Source: Myxococcota bacterium (lineage in GTDB: Bacteria > Myxococcota_A > Polyangia > Polyangiales > Sandaracinaceae). From it: a stretch of 64,000 nt of DNA. The stretch's first letter is position 1. Each line of letters opens with the position of its first letter. The notes below the pieces were generated by a model that had not been told where the DNA came from, ran no database searches, and saw nothing but the letters and a program-made list of their open reading frames with translations. Where the stretch lies: positions 1-64,000 of the forward strand of contig JAYZQJ010000088.1 in assembly GCA_036149055.1 (NCBI GenBank), given 5' to 3'. The translations under genes and the position numbers were made by a program. Shown one piece after another: positions 19,725 to 28,692 of the stretch.

Positions 19725-20555
19725 TCACGGGCGCGGCGCGGCCGGCGTGACGAGCCAGGTGGCGAGCTCGGTCGCCTCGCGGCGGGCGCCGGGCTCGAGG
19801 GCGGTGAGCCAGGCGTCGGGGAGGGTGGAGGCGCCGAAGCGGGCGCCGGCGACCGCGCCGCTGATCGCGCCCACCGAGTCGGTGTCGCCGCCGAGGAGGA
19901 TGGCGCGGGTGATCGCGGAGGCCGCGCTCTTGGCGCCGGTCACGGCCCACGCGGCGGCGCGCACGGACTCGACGGCGAAGACCGACGGAGGGCCCGGGCG
20001 CTCGGGCGGCGCGTCTTCGAAGAGCGTCGGGTGGTCTCGGGCGGCCCGGAAGATGGCGAGGGCGACGACCGCGGCCGCCGCCTTCGCCTCCTCGTGCGCG
20101 TGGGTCGCCCCGGCGCTCTCCCGGGCGGCGGCGATGACGGCGTCTTCGGTGTCCTCGAAGAGGGCGACCGGCGCGACCCGGACCGCCGCGCCGTTGCCCC
20201 GAGACCCCTCCGCCCAGGTGACGCGCACGGCCTCCTCGCGCGACAATCCACGTTGCCAGGCGCGGAAGGCGGCGCGGGCGCCTTTGCCGTAGCCGCGCGC
20301 CGGCTCGTGTCGGCGGGCCATCGCGTCGAGGATCGCGTCGGCGTCGACCCGCCCCGTCCGGCGGATCGCGTCGCCCAGCGCGAGCGTCATCTCGCCGTCG
20401 TCCGAGTAGGACAGCGCCCGCGGCGCCTCGAGCCTGCGCTCGAGCTGTCGCTCCAGCGAGGGTCCGGGGCTCGCCCCCTCGAAGGGCCGCCCGATCGCGT
20501 CGCCGAGGAGCGTCCCGAGCAGCGCGCCGAGCGCGCGATCGAACCGGAGGCTCAT
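19725..20555 (-). CDS. ADP-ribosylglycohydrolase family protein
   Basis: GTLLGDAIGRPFE, YSDDGEMT, RGYG, GNGAAVRVAPV, GGDTDSVGAISGAVAGA. Confidence 0.9.
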   Translation of the reverse strand: MSLRFDRALGALLGTLLGDAIGRPFEGASPGPSLERQLERRLEAPRALSYSDDGEMTLALGDAIRRTGRVDADAILDAMARRHEPARGYGKGARAAFRAWQRGLSREEAVRVTWAEGSRGNGAAVRVAPVALFEDTEDAVIAAARESAGATHAHEEAKAAAAVVALAIFRAARDHPTLFEDAPPERPGPPSVFAVESVRAAAWAVTGAKSAASAITRAILLGGDTDSVGAISGAVAGARFGASTLPDAWLTALEPGARREATELATWLVTPAAPRP

Positions 20556-20631
20556 ACCTCGCGAGCATACCCGCCTCCCGTTGTGTGGGCGCGGCGGAGG
20601 GGGTACCCCTGTAGCCGGGAGGGAGGACACG

Positions 20632-21297
20632 ATGAGCGATCTGATGAATCTCCTGGGGGGCGCGCTCTCCGGGCAGCTGGGCTCGATCTCGACGCAGGTG
20701 GGGGCGACGCCGGAGCAGACGCAGCGGGCGGTCGGCGCGGCGCTGCCGGCGCTCGTCGGCGCGCTGGCGCGCAACGCGGGCAGCCCCGGAGGCGCGCAGG
20801 CGCTCGCGGGCGCGCTCGACCGGGATCACGACGGAGCGCTTCTCGACGGGCTCGGCGGGCTGCTGTCGGGGGCGGGCCCGCAGACCGGCGTCGGGGGCCT
20901 GCTCGAGATGGCCGGCTCGATGCTCGGCGCCGCGCCCGGGCCGGGGAGCGCGCGCACGACCAACGGGGACGGCATCCTGAGCCACGTGCTCGGGGACAAG
21001 CGCGGCGCGGTCGAGCGCGGCATCGCCCAGGCGAGCGGGCTCGACGCGTCGAAGGCGGCGCACGTGCTCTCGCTGCTCGCGCCGCTGGTGATGGCGGCGC
21101 TCGGGAAGGCCAAGCGAGGGCAGGGGCTCGACGCCGGCGGCCTCGGCGAGCTCCTGGGGCGCGAGCGCGCGGGGCTCGAGCCGTCGGGGGCCGGCGATCT
21201 CCTCGGTGGGCTGCTCGACCGGGACGACGACGGCTCCATCGCCGACGACCTCGTGAAGGTGGCCGGGAAGAACCTCCTCGGCGGCCTCTTCGGGTAG
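20632..21297 (+). CDS. DUF937 (YidB-like) protein
   Basis: GGAGG RBS; ALPALVGALARNA...ALDRDHDG...GILSHVLG...LDRDDDGSIADD. Confidence 0.85.
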   Translation: MSDLMNLLGGALSGQLGSISTQVGATPEQTQRAVGAALPALVGALARNAGSPGGAQALAGALDRDHDGALLDGLGGLLSGAGPQTGVGGLLEMAGSMLGAAPGPGSARTTNGDGILSHVLGDKRGAVERGIAQASGLDASKAAHVLSLLAPLVMAALGKAKRGQGLDAGGLGELLGRERAGLEPSGAGDLLGGLLDRDDDGSIADDLVKVAGKNLLGGLFG

Positions 21298-21299
21298 CG

Positions 21300-21992
21300 A
21301 TGCCGGAGCTGACGCGCCCGGTCCGGCTGCACTGGACGCCCCTCGATCGCGAGCGGGCGCGCACGGTGCTCGCGTGCACCGCGAGGGTGCTGGCGGACTC
21401 GAATCAGACCCTCGACATCATCACCGTCGAGGAGATCACCGCGCAGACGCAGCTCCGCCACCTGGTCGACCGCGGGGTCTTCGAGACCGAGGAGGGCCGG
21501 GCGCTGCTCGCCGATCGGCCGCACCTGGCGGACGTGCCGCTCGGGCCGCTGCGCGCGTACCCCGACGGGACGCTGGGGCGCGAGTGGGTCCGGTTCCTCG
21601 ACGACCACGGCCTCGACCCGAAGCTGACCAAGCAGCCGACGCCGTACACCGACGACCCTCGGTGCGCCTACCTGATGCACCGCATCCGGCAGAGCCACGA
21701 TCTGTGGCACGTGCTGATCGGCGTCGGCACCCGCGGGCACGAGGAGGTGCTGGTGCACGCCTTCTCGCTCGCCCAGACCGGGCTGCCCGCGTCGGTGGCG
21801 ATCGTGGCCCTGGGCGCGCTCAAGCACATGGTGCTGGAGGGCCGCTGGGAGGTGCTCCGGCGAGACGTGGCGCGCGCTCACCGCGTGGGCGTCGAGGCGG
21901 CGCCGCTGCTCGCGGTGCGCTGGGAGGATCACCTCGGCCGGCCGCTCGACGAGGTGCGTGCCGCCTACGGGGTGACTCCGATCTACGCGTAG
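21300..21992 (+). CDS. Coq4 family protein
   Basis: PDGTLGREW, RIRQSHDLWHVLIG...EE (HDxxH...E metal motif), RWEDHLGRPLDEVR. Confidence 0.88.
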   Translation: MPELTRPVRLHWTPLDRERARTVLACTARVLADSNQTLDIITVEEITAQTQLRHLVDRGVFETEEGRALLADRPHLADVPLGPLRAYPDGTLGREWVRFLDDHGLDPKLTKQPTPYTDDPRCAYLMHRIRQSHDLWHVLIGVGTRGHEEVLVHAFSLAQTGLPASVAIVALGALKHMVLEGRWEVLRRDVARAHRVGVEAAPLLAVRWEDHLGRPLDEVRAAYGVTPIYA

Positions 21993-21995
21993 CGC

Positions 21996-22724
21996 TCACC
22001 CCGGGCGTCGCGAGGCGGCGATCTGGGTGCGGGCGTGGTCCAGGGACGCGCCGCGCAGGCCGGGGTCGAGCACCGAGGCGACGCGCACGCGGAGGTGCGG
22101 GACGTCGTGCTCGAGGATCCGGCGCAGCCACACGTCTTGCAGGTGCGGCGCCTCGACCAGCTCGCCGAGCCGGGCCCGGACGTCCTCGCTGGCCTCGGCC
22201 CAGAGGGGCATCACCGGTCGGTGGAGCTCGTCGTGCATCAGCACGAGGAGGCCCGGCCCCTCGGGCGCGATCGGGACGTGATCGGCGTCGAGCACGAACG
22301 GGTCCGACCAGGAGACGCCGGCCGCGTCCTGGTGCGGGAAGGCGGCGGGGTGGGTCACGGGCAGCTCGAGGAGCGCGCGCACCACGTCGAGGCTGGAGAC
22401 GACCCCGACCGCGCGCCCCGCTTCGTCCACCGCGATCAGGCGGTGCACGTCGTACTCCGCGATCTCGCGCCCCGCGTCCCGGATCTCGGCGCCTCGCTGG
22501 ATCGTGATCGCGGGCCGGCTCATGCGGTCCCCGACCGTGGGTCCGCCGGTAGCGCTCACCAGATCGCGCAGGGAGACCACGCCGAGCGGGCGCCGCTCCA
22601 CGTCCACCACCGGCGCGGCGGTGACGCCGAGCGAGAGGATGCCGAGCATCGCGGTGCCCACCGTGTCCTGCGGGCGCAGGACGAACAGCTCCGGGTTCAT
22701 GATCTCGTCGACGTACCGCGCCAT
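21996..22724 (-). CDS. CBS-pair domain protein with C-terminal extension
   Basis: VDEIM...APVVD...GVVSLRDL and VGDRMS...VHRLIAVD...GVVSSLDV. Confidence 0.85.
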   Translation of the reverse strand: MARYVDEIMNPELFVLRPQDTVGTAMLGILSLGVTAAPVVDVERRPLGVVSLRDLVSATGGPTVGDRMSRPAITIQRGAEIRDAGREIAEYDVHRLIAVDEAGRAVGVVSSLDVVRALLELPVTHPAAFPHQDAAGVSWSDPFVLDADHVPIAPEGPGLLVLMHDELHRPVMPLWAEASEDVRARLGELVEAPHLQDVWLRRILEHDVPHLRVRVASVLDPGLRGASLDHARTQIAASRRPG

Positions 22725-22792
22725 GAGCGGCAGGTGCGCACGCCCTCGCGGCGAGCAAGCGTCCGCCGTCGACGCAGAACGTGCGCGAGCGT

Positions 22793-23434
22793 TCACCGCG
22801 TCGCGCCGCGGAGGATGGCGACGCGGGCGCGCAGGCGGCTGGCCTCGACCCGCTCCGGCGGCACGGGGGGATCCAGGGCGAGCTCGATCGGGAGCCGGAG
22901 GTGCCGCGGGAGCTTGGTCAGCGGCTCGCCTCCGTTGCGGCTGAGCGCGCTCCGCCACGCGCCGCGGATCGCGATCGGCACGACCGGCACCGGCCGCCGC
23001 GCGACGATGCGCTCCACTCCGGGGCGAAACGGGCCGACCTCGCCGTCGGGGGTCATCGCGCCTTCGGGCCAGAGCAGCACCTTCTCCCCGCGCGCCAGGG
23101 CCGCGTCGATCGCCTCCATCGCGCGCTCGAGCATGGCCGGATCCTCCTTGCGGGGCGCGATCGCGATCACGCGCGCCGAGCGGAAGAACCAGCGCAGCGG
23201 AGCGTAGCGCCAGTGATGGTGGTGCATGACGTAGCGAGGCACCTCGGGGAGCGCGGCGCCCACGAAGAGGAAGTCGATGAAGGATACGTGGTTGCTCACC
23301 AGCACGGCGGCGCCGGGCGGGAGGCGGTCGAAGCCCTCCGTCCGGAGCCGGTAGACGGCGCGTATCAGGGCGCGGCCGAGGCGGTGCAGGAGCCTCAGCC
23401 AGACGCGCTGGGCGAAGGTCGGCGGTCGGAGCAT
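22793..23434 (-). CDS. 1-acyl-sn-glycerol-3-phosphate acyltransferase family protein
   Basis: SNHVSFID (HX4D), WPEG, FRPGV, PVVPIAIRG. Confidence 0.9.
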   Translation of the reverse strand: MLRPPTFAQRVWLRLLHRLGRALIRAVYRLRTEGFDRLPPGAAVLVSNHVSFIDFLFVGAALPEVPRYVMHHHHWRYAPLRWFFRSARVIAIAPRKEDPAMLERAMEAIDAALARGEKVLLWPEGAMTPDGEVGPFRPGVERIVARRPVPVVPIAIRGAWRSALSRNGGEPLTKLPRHLRLPIELALDPPVPPERVEASRLRARVAILRGATR

Positions 23435-23447
23435 GCCGCGGGCGAGT

Positions 23448-23463
23448 TGCACCCCTCGTGCCC
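23448..23463 (-). promoter_or_regulatory. Candidate sigma54 (-24/-12) promoter of the acyltransferase gene
   Basis: Minus strand GGGCACGAGGGGTGCA = GG-N10-GC with GGCACG core; the -12 C is 15 nt upstream of the ATG. Confidence 0.5.
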
Positions 23464-23535
23464 ACGCCCGGCGTGTCGACTCGCGCGGCCTCCTCGCGCC
23501 CCGGAGCGTGCAGCCCGCTTCGCAGGTCGTGCAGC

Positions 23536-25056
23536 CTACTCGCCGGTGCGCACGACGCGGAGGGCGCCGGCGTAGGCGAAGCGCGCGCCGCCTTCGGGGC
23601 TGACGCCCACGCGGAGCACGATCTCGCCGCGCGCGTCGGGGCGCACGTCCTCGAGGCGGGCGACGGTGCCGCGGTTGTCCGTGACCTCGAGGTCGACGAA
23701 GCGGTCCCCCACCCGGTAGCGGGTGAGGCGGCCGCGGCCGGAGTCGTCGCCGTCGCGGGAGGCGAACAGCTCGAGGCGGTAGGCGCCGTCGGGCAGGCCG
23801 CGGACGACCAGGCGCGCCTCCATCTCGAGGGCGGCCGCGTGTCCGTCGAAGGAGCCGACCCAGAGGGTGTCGCGGCTCACGTCGCCGGGCCATCCGAGCA
23901 CGTTGTCCGCGGCCCCGCCCTCCTGCGTGCCCGAGAAGCCCCAGCTCGTCACGTGCGCGCGGGTCGCGGCGCCGGACTCCGTCGCGACGTCGGGGGCGGT
24001 GAGCGCGCTGGCGGTCAGCGCCGTCCAGCCGCTCGCCGGGAGCGGGCCCACGTCGATCGCGATCGCGTCGCCGGCGGAGACGGGCAGGAGCGGGCTGGGG
24101 CCGAGCACGCCGAAGCCCTCCTCGCCGGTCACGTCGTCGGCCGCGCGCTGGAGGGCGGCCGCGGTCGCCGCGTCCAGGCCCCGCAGGGGGACGAGGCCGT
24201 CCGCGCGTCGCCGGAACAGGGTGGAGTAGAGCACGAGCGCGTTGAGATACTGCCCCGCCGGGCCCGCGTGGTAGTCGTCGCTCCCGTGGAGCTTCGGCGG
24301 CTCGCCGCCCGCGAGCTGCAGCTCCCAGGCGTCCCCGGCGGGCGCCACCCGGATCGACAGCGGCGCGTCGCTCGCGCGGTTCGCCGGCACGTGCTCCTCG
24401 GCCGCGTAGTAGTAGTGGTAGCGGAGCTGCGCCTGCATGTCGGCCGGATCGGTGAAGGGGTCCGGATAGATCGAGTGGTTGAAGCGCCGCGCCCAGGTCT
24501 CGTAGAGCACGATCTCCGCCGCCGGGTTGGCGGTCTTCGCGAGGTCGTAGAACCAGGTCGCGTCCTCGTAGAAGCGGGCCGCGGGGCCGACGGAGTCGGT
24601 GGGCCGCACGCTGTGCTCCTGCAGCACCACCGCGTCCCAGCCCTCGGCGACGCGGGCCGGCGCGCCGGCCGGGTCGCCGTCGGCGCGGTGGCCCTCGAGG
24701 GTCTGGCCGCCGATGGCGCGGTACTCGACGTTGGGCGGCGGGAAGCCGGCGTAGATCGCGAGGTCCTCGACCAGCGTCGGCACGGGCCCGCCGAAGGTGA
24801 AGGAGTTGCCGACGAAGAAGACGCTCGCCGGCGGAGGCGGGGGCGGCGGGCCGGCGTCGCCCGGGCCGGCGTCGACGGGGCCCGCGTCGGTCGGACCCGC
24901 GTCGGTCGGGCCCGCGTCGGTCGGACCGGAATCAGCGGGGCCCGCGTCGGGGAGGCCCGCGTCGGTCTGGACGGCGCCGTCGCCGGCGTCCGCGCCCGGG
25001 ATCGGGTGGGCCTCGCATCCGAGCAGGAGAAGGGTCAGCAGCAGCGCGCGCGACAT
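23536..25056 (-). CDS. Lipoprotein with SGNH/GDSL-type (DUF4886-like) hydrolase domain and C-terminal beta-rich domain
   Basis: Lipobox LLGC, DAGP linker repeats, FVGNSFT, WDAVVLQEHS, YETWAR, DDYH; start overlaps kinase stop. Confidence 0.8.
   Translation of the reverse strand: MSRALLLTLLLLGCEAHPIPGADAGDGAVQTDAGLPDAGPADSGPTDAGPTDAGPTDAGPVDAGPGDAGPPPPPPPASVFFVGNSFTFGGPVPTLVEDLAIYAGFPPPNVEYRAIGGQTLEGHRADGDPAGAPARVAEGWDAVVLQEHSVRPTDSVGPAARFYEDATWFYDLAKTANPAAEIVLYETWARRFNHSIYPDPFTDPADMQAQLRYHYYYAAEEHVPANRASDAPLSIRVAPAGDAWELQLAGGEPPKLHGSDDYHAGPAGQYLNALVLYSTLFRRRADGLVPLRGLDAATAAALQRAADDVTGEEGFGVLGPSPLLPVSAGDAIAIDVGPLPASGWTALTASALTAPDVATESGAATRAHVTSWGFSGTQEGGAADNVLGWPGDVSRDTLWVGSFDGHAAALEMEARLVVRGLPDGAYRLELFASRDGDDSGRGRLTRYRVGDRFVDLEVTDNRGTVARLEDVRPDARGEIVLRVGVSPEGGARFAYAGALRVVRTGE
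24850..24990 (-). repeat. Imperfect 15-nt coding repeat (xDAGP linker)
   Basis: PDAGPADSGPTDAGPTDAGPTDAGPVDAGPGDAGP in the lipoprotein linker. Confidence 0.8.
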
Positions 25057-26981
25057 CAGTACGGGTTGTCCCATCCCTCGGTGCCGCCGGGGAGGGTGAC
25101 GTTCACGGTGGTGAGCGATCCCCACTCCACGGTCACCGTCACCGTGCGCCCCGGCTCGCGGCCGTTGGGGAGGAGGCGGAGCTGCTGGCGACCGACGGGG
25201 AGCTGCACCCGGAGCGGGGTGCGCCCGAGCTCCCGGCCGCCGTGCGTCACCGTCGCCCAGCCGCCCGACGTGCGGATCAGGACCGGCCCCTGCGAGAAGT
25301 CGAGGGTGGTCGAAGGTCGGACCGGGGCGCGCTCCTCGCCGGATGACGGCGTGGGCGTGGCGGGCGGGGGCGTCTCCCGCCTCGAGCTCGATCGGCGCGG
25401 CGCGCTCCGGCGGCTCGGCGTCGGCGCGGCCTGCGCCTCTTCCGCCGCTTCGGAGGGCTCTTCGGCCGCCGCCGCTTCGCGCTCCCCCGTGCCCTCTTGG
25501 TCCGTGCCCTCCTCGTCCGTGCCCTCCTCGCCGACGGTCTCCTCGAGGGCCTCGTGCGCGGCGCGAGCCTCGTCGCTCACCGCCTCGTCGGGTGTGGTCT
25601 CGATGGCGACGGCGAGCTCCTCCTCGGCCTCAGGCGCGGCCTCCTGCTCGGGCGCGGCCTCCTGCTCGGGCGCGGCCTGAATGCCGAGCCACGCGTTCAC
25701 CTGGGGCTGGTAGCGCCAGTAGCCGAAGGCCGCGCCGCCGGCGAGCGCGAGCAGGATCAGCGCCGTCCACACCCACTTGCCCGTGCGGGTCGGGATCACG
25801 ACCGGCTCGTCGTCGCCGTCCTCGTCGAGCTTGAAGGTGTGCTGCTTCGAGGCGCTGGACGTCGTCTTGGCGAGCTTGGTCGGCGCGTCGGCGAGGGCGG
25901 CCTTGTCGTCGTCCGGCGCCCGCTCGGCCACCGACGGGAGCGGCGCGACCGCGGAGGCGTCCACGCCCTCGACCTCGCCGAGGCGCTTCAGGTCGCGCTT
26001 GCGGCGGTCGTTGAAGAGGAAGCGCATCCACTCCGCGATCTCGGCGGCCTCGAAGGCGGCGCCCGAGCGGGCGATGAATCCGCGCAGCGCCTTGCCCATC
26101 GCGCGCGCCGACTGGAAGCGATCGTCCGGGTTTCGCTGCAGCGCCTTCTCGGCGATGTCCGCGAGCTGCTCCGGCACCCACGCCGCCTTGGTCGTCGCGC
26201 GCGGGACCTCCTCTTCCAGCACCGCCATCGCGGTCTTGATCGCGGTGTCGCGGCGGAAGAGCTGCTGGAGCGTCAGGCACTCCCAGAGGCACACGCCGAG
26301 CGCGAACACGTCGACCCGCGCGTCGAGATCCTCGCCCTGCAGCTGCTCGGGCGCGGCGTAGGACACCTTGCCCTTCATCACCCCGGTGTTGGTCTGGGTG
26401 ACCCGCTCGAGCGCCTTGGCGCAGCCGAAGTCGACCACCTTGGTCGCGCCGTCGTAGGTGACGAAGAGGTTCTGCGGCGAGACGTCGCGGTGCACGACCT
26501 GCAGCTTCGCGCCGTCCTGGCCGGTCAGGGTGTGGGCCGCGTGCAGCCCCTCGCAGGCGTCGGCGATCACGCGCGCGGCGATGAACGGCAGCGCCTCCTT
26601 CAGGTCCTCGTTGTCCGACTCGGCGATGGCGTTGACGAAGTCGAAGAGCGGCACCCCCGAGAGGTACTCCATCGCCATGTAGTAGATGCCGCCCACCGCG
26701 CCGAAGTCGTAGACCGAGCAGACGTTGGGGTGGCTGATGTGCGAGGCGATCTTGGCCTCGTCGAGGAACATGTCGACGAAGGTCTGCTCCTTCGCGAGGT
26801 GGCCGTGGATCGTCTTCAGGGCGACGAGCCGGTCGAGCCCCGCCGCGAGGCGCATCTTGCCGAGGTAGACGGTCGCCATGCCGCCCGCGCCGATCTCCTT
26901 GCAGAGCGTGAAGCGCCCCATGGTGAAGGGGAGCTGCGGCCCGAGGGACTGGAGCGCGGCCTCGTCGGTGCTTGAAGCCAT
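25056..26981 (-). CDS. Hanks-type Ser/Thr protein kinase with TM and C-terminal PEGA-like domain
   Basis: IGAGGMATVY, VALK, HRDVSPQN, DFG, GKVSYAAPE, DVFALG; TM; LGRTPL PEGA; ends WDNPY. Confidence 0.95.
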   Translation of the reverse strand: MASSTDEAALQSLGPQLPFTMGRFTLCKEIGAGGMATVYLGKMRLAAGLDRLVALKTIHGHLAKEQTFVDMFLDEAKIASHISHPNVCSVYDFGAVGGIYYMAMEYLSGVPLFDFVNAIAESDNEDLKEALPFIAARVIADACEGLHAAHTLTGQDGAKLQVVHRDVSPQNLFVTYDGATKVVDFGCAKALERVTQTNTGVMKGKVSYAAPEQLQGEDLDARVDVFALGVCLWECLTLQQLFRRDTAIKTAMAVLEEEVPRATTKAAWVPEQLADIAEKALQRNPDDRFQSARAMGKALRGFIARSGAAFEAAEIAEWMRFLFNDRRKRDLKRLGEVEGVDASAVAPLPSVAERAPDDDKAALADAPTKLAKTTSSASKQHTFKLDEDGDDEPVVIPTRTGKWVWTALILLALAGGAAFGYWRYQPQVNAWLGIQAAPEQEAAPEQEAAPEAEEELAVAIETTPDEAVSDEARAAHEALEETVGEEGTDEEGTDQEGTGEREAAAAEEPSEAAEEAQAAPTPSRRSAPRRSSSRRETPPPATPTPSSGEERAPVRPSTTLDFSQGPVLIRTSGGWATVTHGGRELGRTPLRVQLPVGRQQLRLLPNGREPGRTVTVTVEWGSLTTVNVTLPGGTEGWDNPY

Positions 26982-27135
26982 CGGAAGACCTCCATGGTAG
27001 CCGGTCGGCGGGCGTGGCGTCACGCGGCGCGGCGCATCGCCCGTGTCAGTCGCCCACGGGCGTGGCGAGACGTCACGGCGGATCGGCGAGAGCGGCCGCG
27101 AACCGCCCGGAACGCCGGCTGCATTCCGTGCCCGC

Positions 27136-28692
27136 GTGCGCGCTCGTGGATCGCGGTTTCTGATCGTCTCGCTGCTCCTCGCAGGATGCGGGGCGGCGCT
27201 GCGTCCGTTCCCCGACGCGCCGATCGTCCGGGAGGACGACGATCGCACGCCGTTCGGCCCGCGCCCCGCCCCGCGGCGATCGACGGCGGTGTGGGACGCG
27301 GGCGAGGGCGTGTTCTTCCGCCCGGCGCTGCGCGCGCTGTCGCTCGAGGGTGGCCGGCAGGCGGTGAACGTCAACGCGCTCGACGAGGTGCCGGACTCGA
27401 GCTGGTTCGAGGCCCGGCGCGTCCCCGCGGCGGAGATGTCACGCGGGGCCTGCGCGCCGTCCCAGCTCGCTCCGCCGCGGCCCTGGCGTGTGCTCGAGCC
27501 GAAGACCGACGGCGTGCAGCCCGGCCTGTTCATCGAGGACGCACGGGGGCGGCGCCACCTGCTCAAGACCGACGGAGCCGGGACGCCGGAGCGCTCGACC
27601 GCCGCGGACGCAGTGGGCGCGGCGCTGATGCACGCGCTCGGCTATCATGTGCCCTGCAACCAGGTCGTCTTCTTCGCGGTCGACGATCTCCGGTTCCCGC
27701 CGCGGCTGCGGGCCGAGGTCGAGGCGGTGATCGCGGCGGCCACCCCGGACGCGAGGGGGCGTCGCGCGAGCCTGAGCGCGCTGGTGGATGGCGAGCCGCT
27801 CGGGCCCTGGCGCTACGAGGGCGTCTGGCCGTCGGACCCGAACGACCGCGTGCCCCACGAGCGCCGCCGGGAGCTGCGCGCGCTGCGCTGGTTCTTCGCC
27901 TGGATGGATCACCTCGACGCGCGCGAGCACAACACGTTGATGGTCTGGCGGGGCGCCGAGCGCGGCCACGTGGAGCACCTGCTCATCGACTTCGGCGACG
28001 CGTTCGGAGCCGGCGCGCCCTCCGAGCGGCGCCGCGCACGCATGGGACGCACCTCCTGGATGGACCCGACCGCGACGGCGGAGGACGTGCTCACCCTCGG
28101 TCTGCTGCCGCGCCCCTGGTTCGTCGCGCGCGAGGCGCACCCGATCCTCGGCGACTTCGCGACCGAGCCCTTCGACCCCGACGGGTGGCGGTCGCACTAC
28201 GACCCCGGGCCCTTCGCCCGCGCCGACGCCACCGACGCCGCCTGGGCGGCGCGCCGGCTCGCGACGCTGACGGACGCGCACCTCGAGGAGGCGGTCCGCG
28301 CCGCGCGCTTCGCCGACCCGTCGACCGCCGCGCTCCTCGTGGCCGCGCTGCGGACGCGCCGTGACGCGATCCTCACCCGCCACCTGAGCGGGCGCTCTCC
28401 GCTCACCTCGCCGCGCGCCCTGGGGGACGCGCTCTGTCTCGACGACGTCGCCGTCCGCGCAGGGCTCGTCCTCGCTCGGGCCCGCGAGGACTTCGGGCGG
28501 CTCCGATTTCCCTCCTCGCGTGGCCTCGCCGTCTCCCGGACCGGCGAGCGGGTGTGCGTGCGCGGCGTGCCCACGGAGGGCTACGCCGTGGTCGACGTGC
28601 GCGTGCGCGGCGTGCCCGGGCCGGCGCGGGTGCATCTCCGCGACGGGCGGGTGGTCGGCCTCGAGCGGCCCGAGGGCGAGGCGTTCCCGTGA
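27136..28692 (+). CDS. Lipoprotein with atypical protein-kinase-like motifs
   Basis: Lipobox LLAGC; DEVPDSSWF; LLKTD...PE; DHLDAREHNTL (HxDxxxxN); LIDFGDAFG. Confidence 0.7.
   Translation: MRARGSRFLIVSLLLAGCGAALRPFPDAPIVREDDDRTPFGPRPAPRRSTAVWDAGEGVFFRPALRALSLEGGRQAVNVNALDEVPDSSWFEARRVPAAEMSRGACAPSQLAPPRPWRVLEPKTDGVQPGLFIEDARGRRHLLKTDGAGTPERSTAADAVGAALMHALGYHVPCNQVVFFAVDDLRFPPRLRAEVEAVIAAATPDARGRRASLSALVDGEPLGPWRYEGVWPSDPNDRVPHERRRELRALRWFFAWMDHLDAREHNTLMVWRGAERGHVEHLLIDFGDAFGAGAPSERRRARMGRTSWMDPTATAEDVLTLGLLPRPWFVAREAHPILGDFATEPFDPDGWRSHYDPGPFARADATDAAWAARRLATLTDAHLEEAVRAARFADPSTAALLVAALRTRRDAILTRHLSGRSPLTSPRALGDALCLDDVAVRAGLVLARAREDFGRLRFPSSRGLAVSRTGERVCVRGVPTEGYAVVDVRVRGVPGPARVHLRDGRVVGLERPEGEAFP

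Noticed and set aside
17338..20555. Integrated element or prophage at tRNA-Pro/tRNA-Arg
   Set aside because: No integrase, no duplicated tRNA 3' end noticed, and no evident compositional shift.
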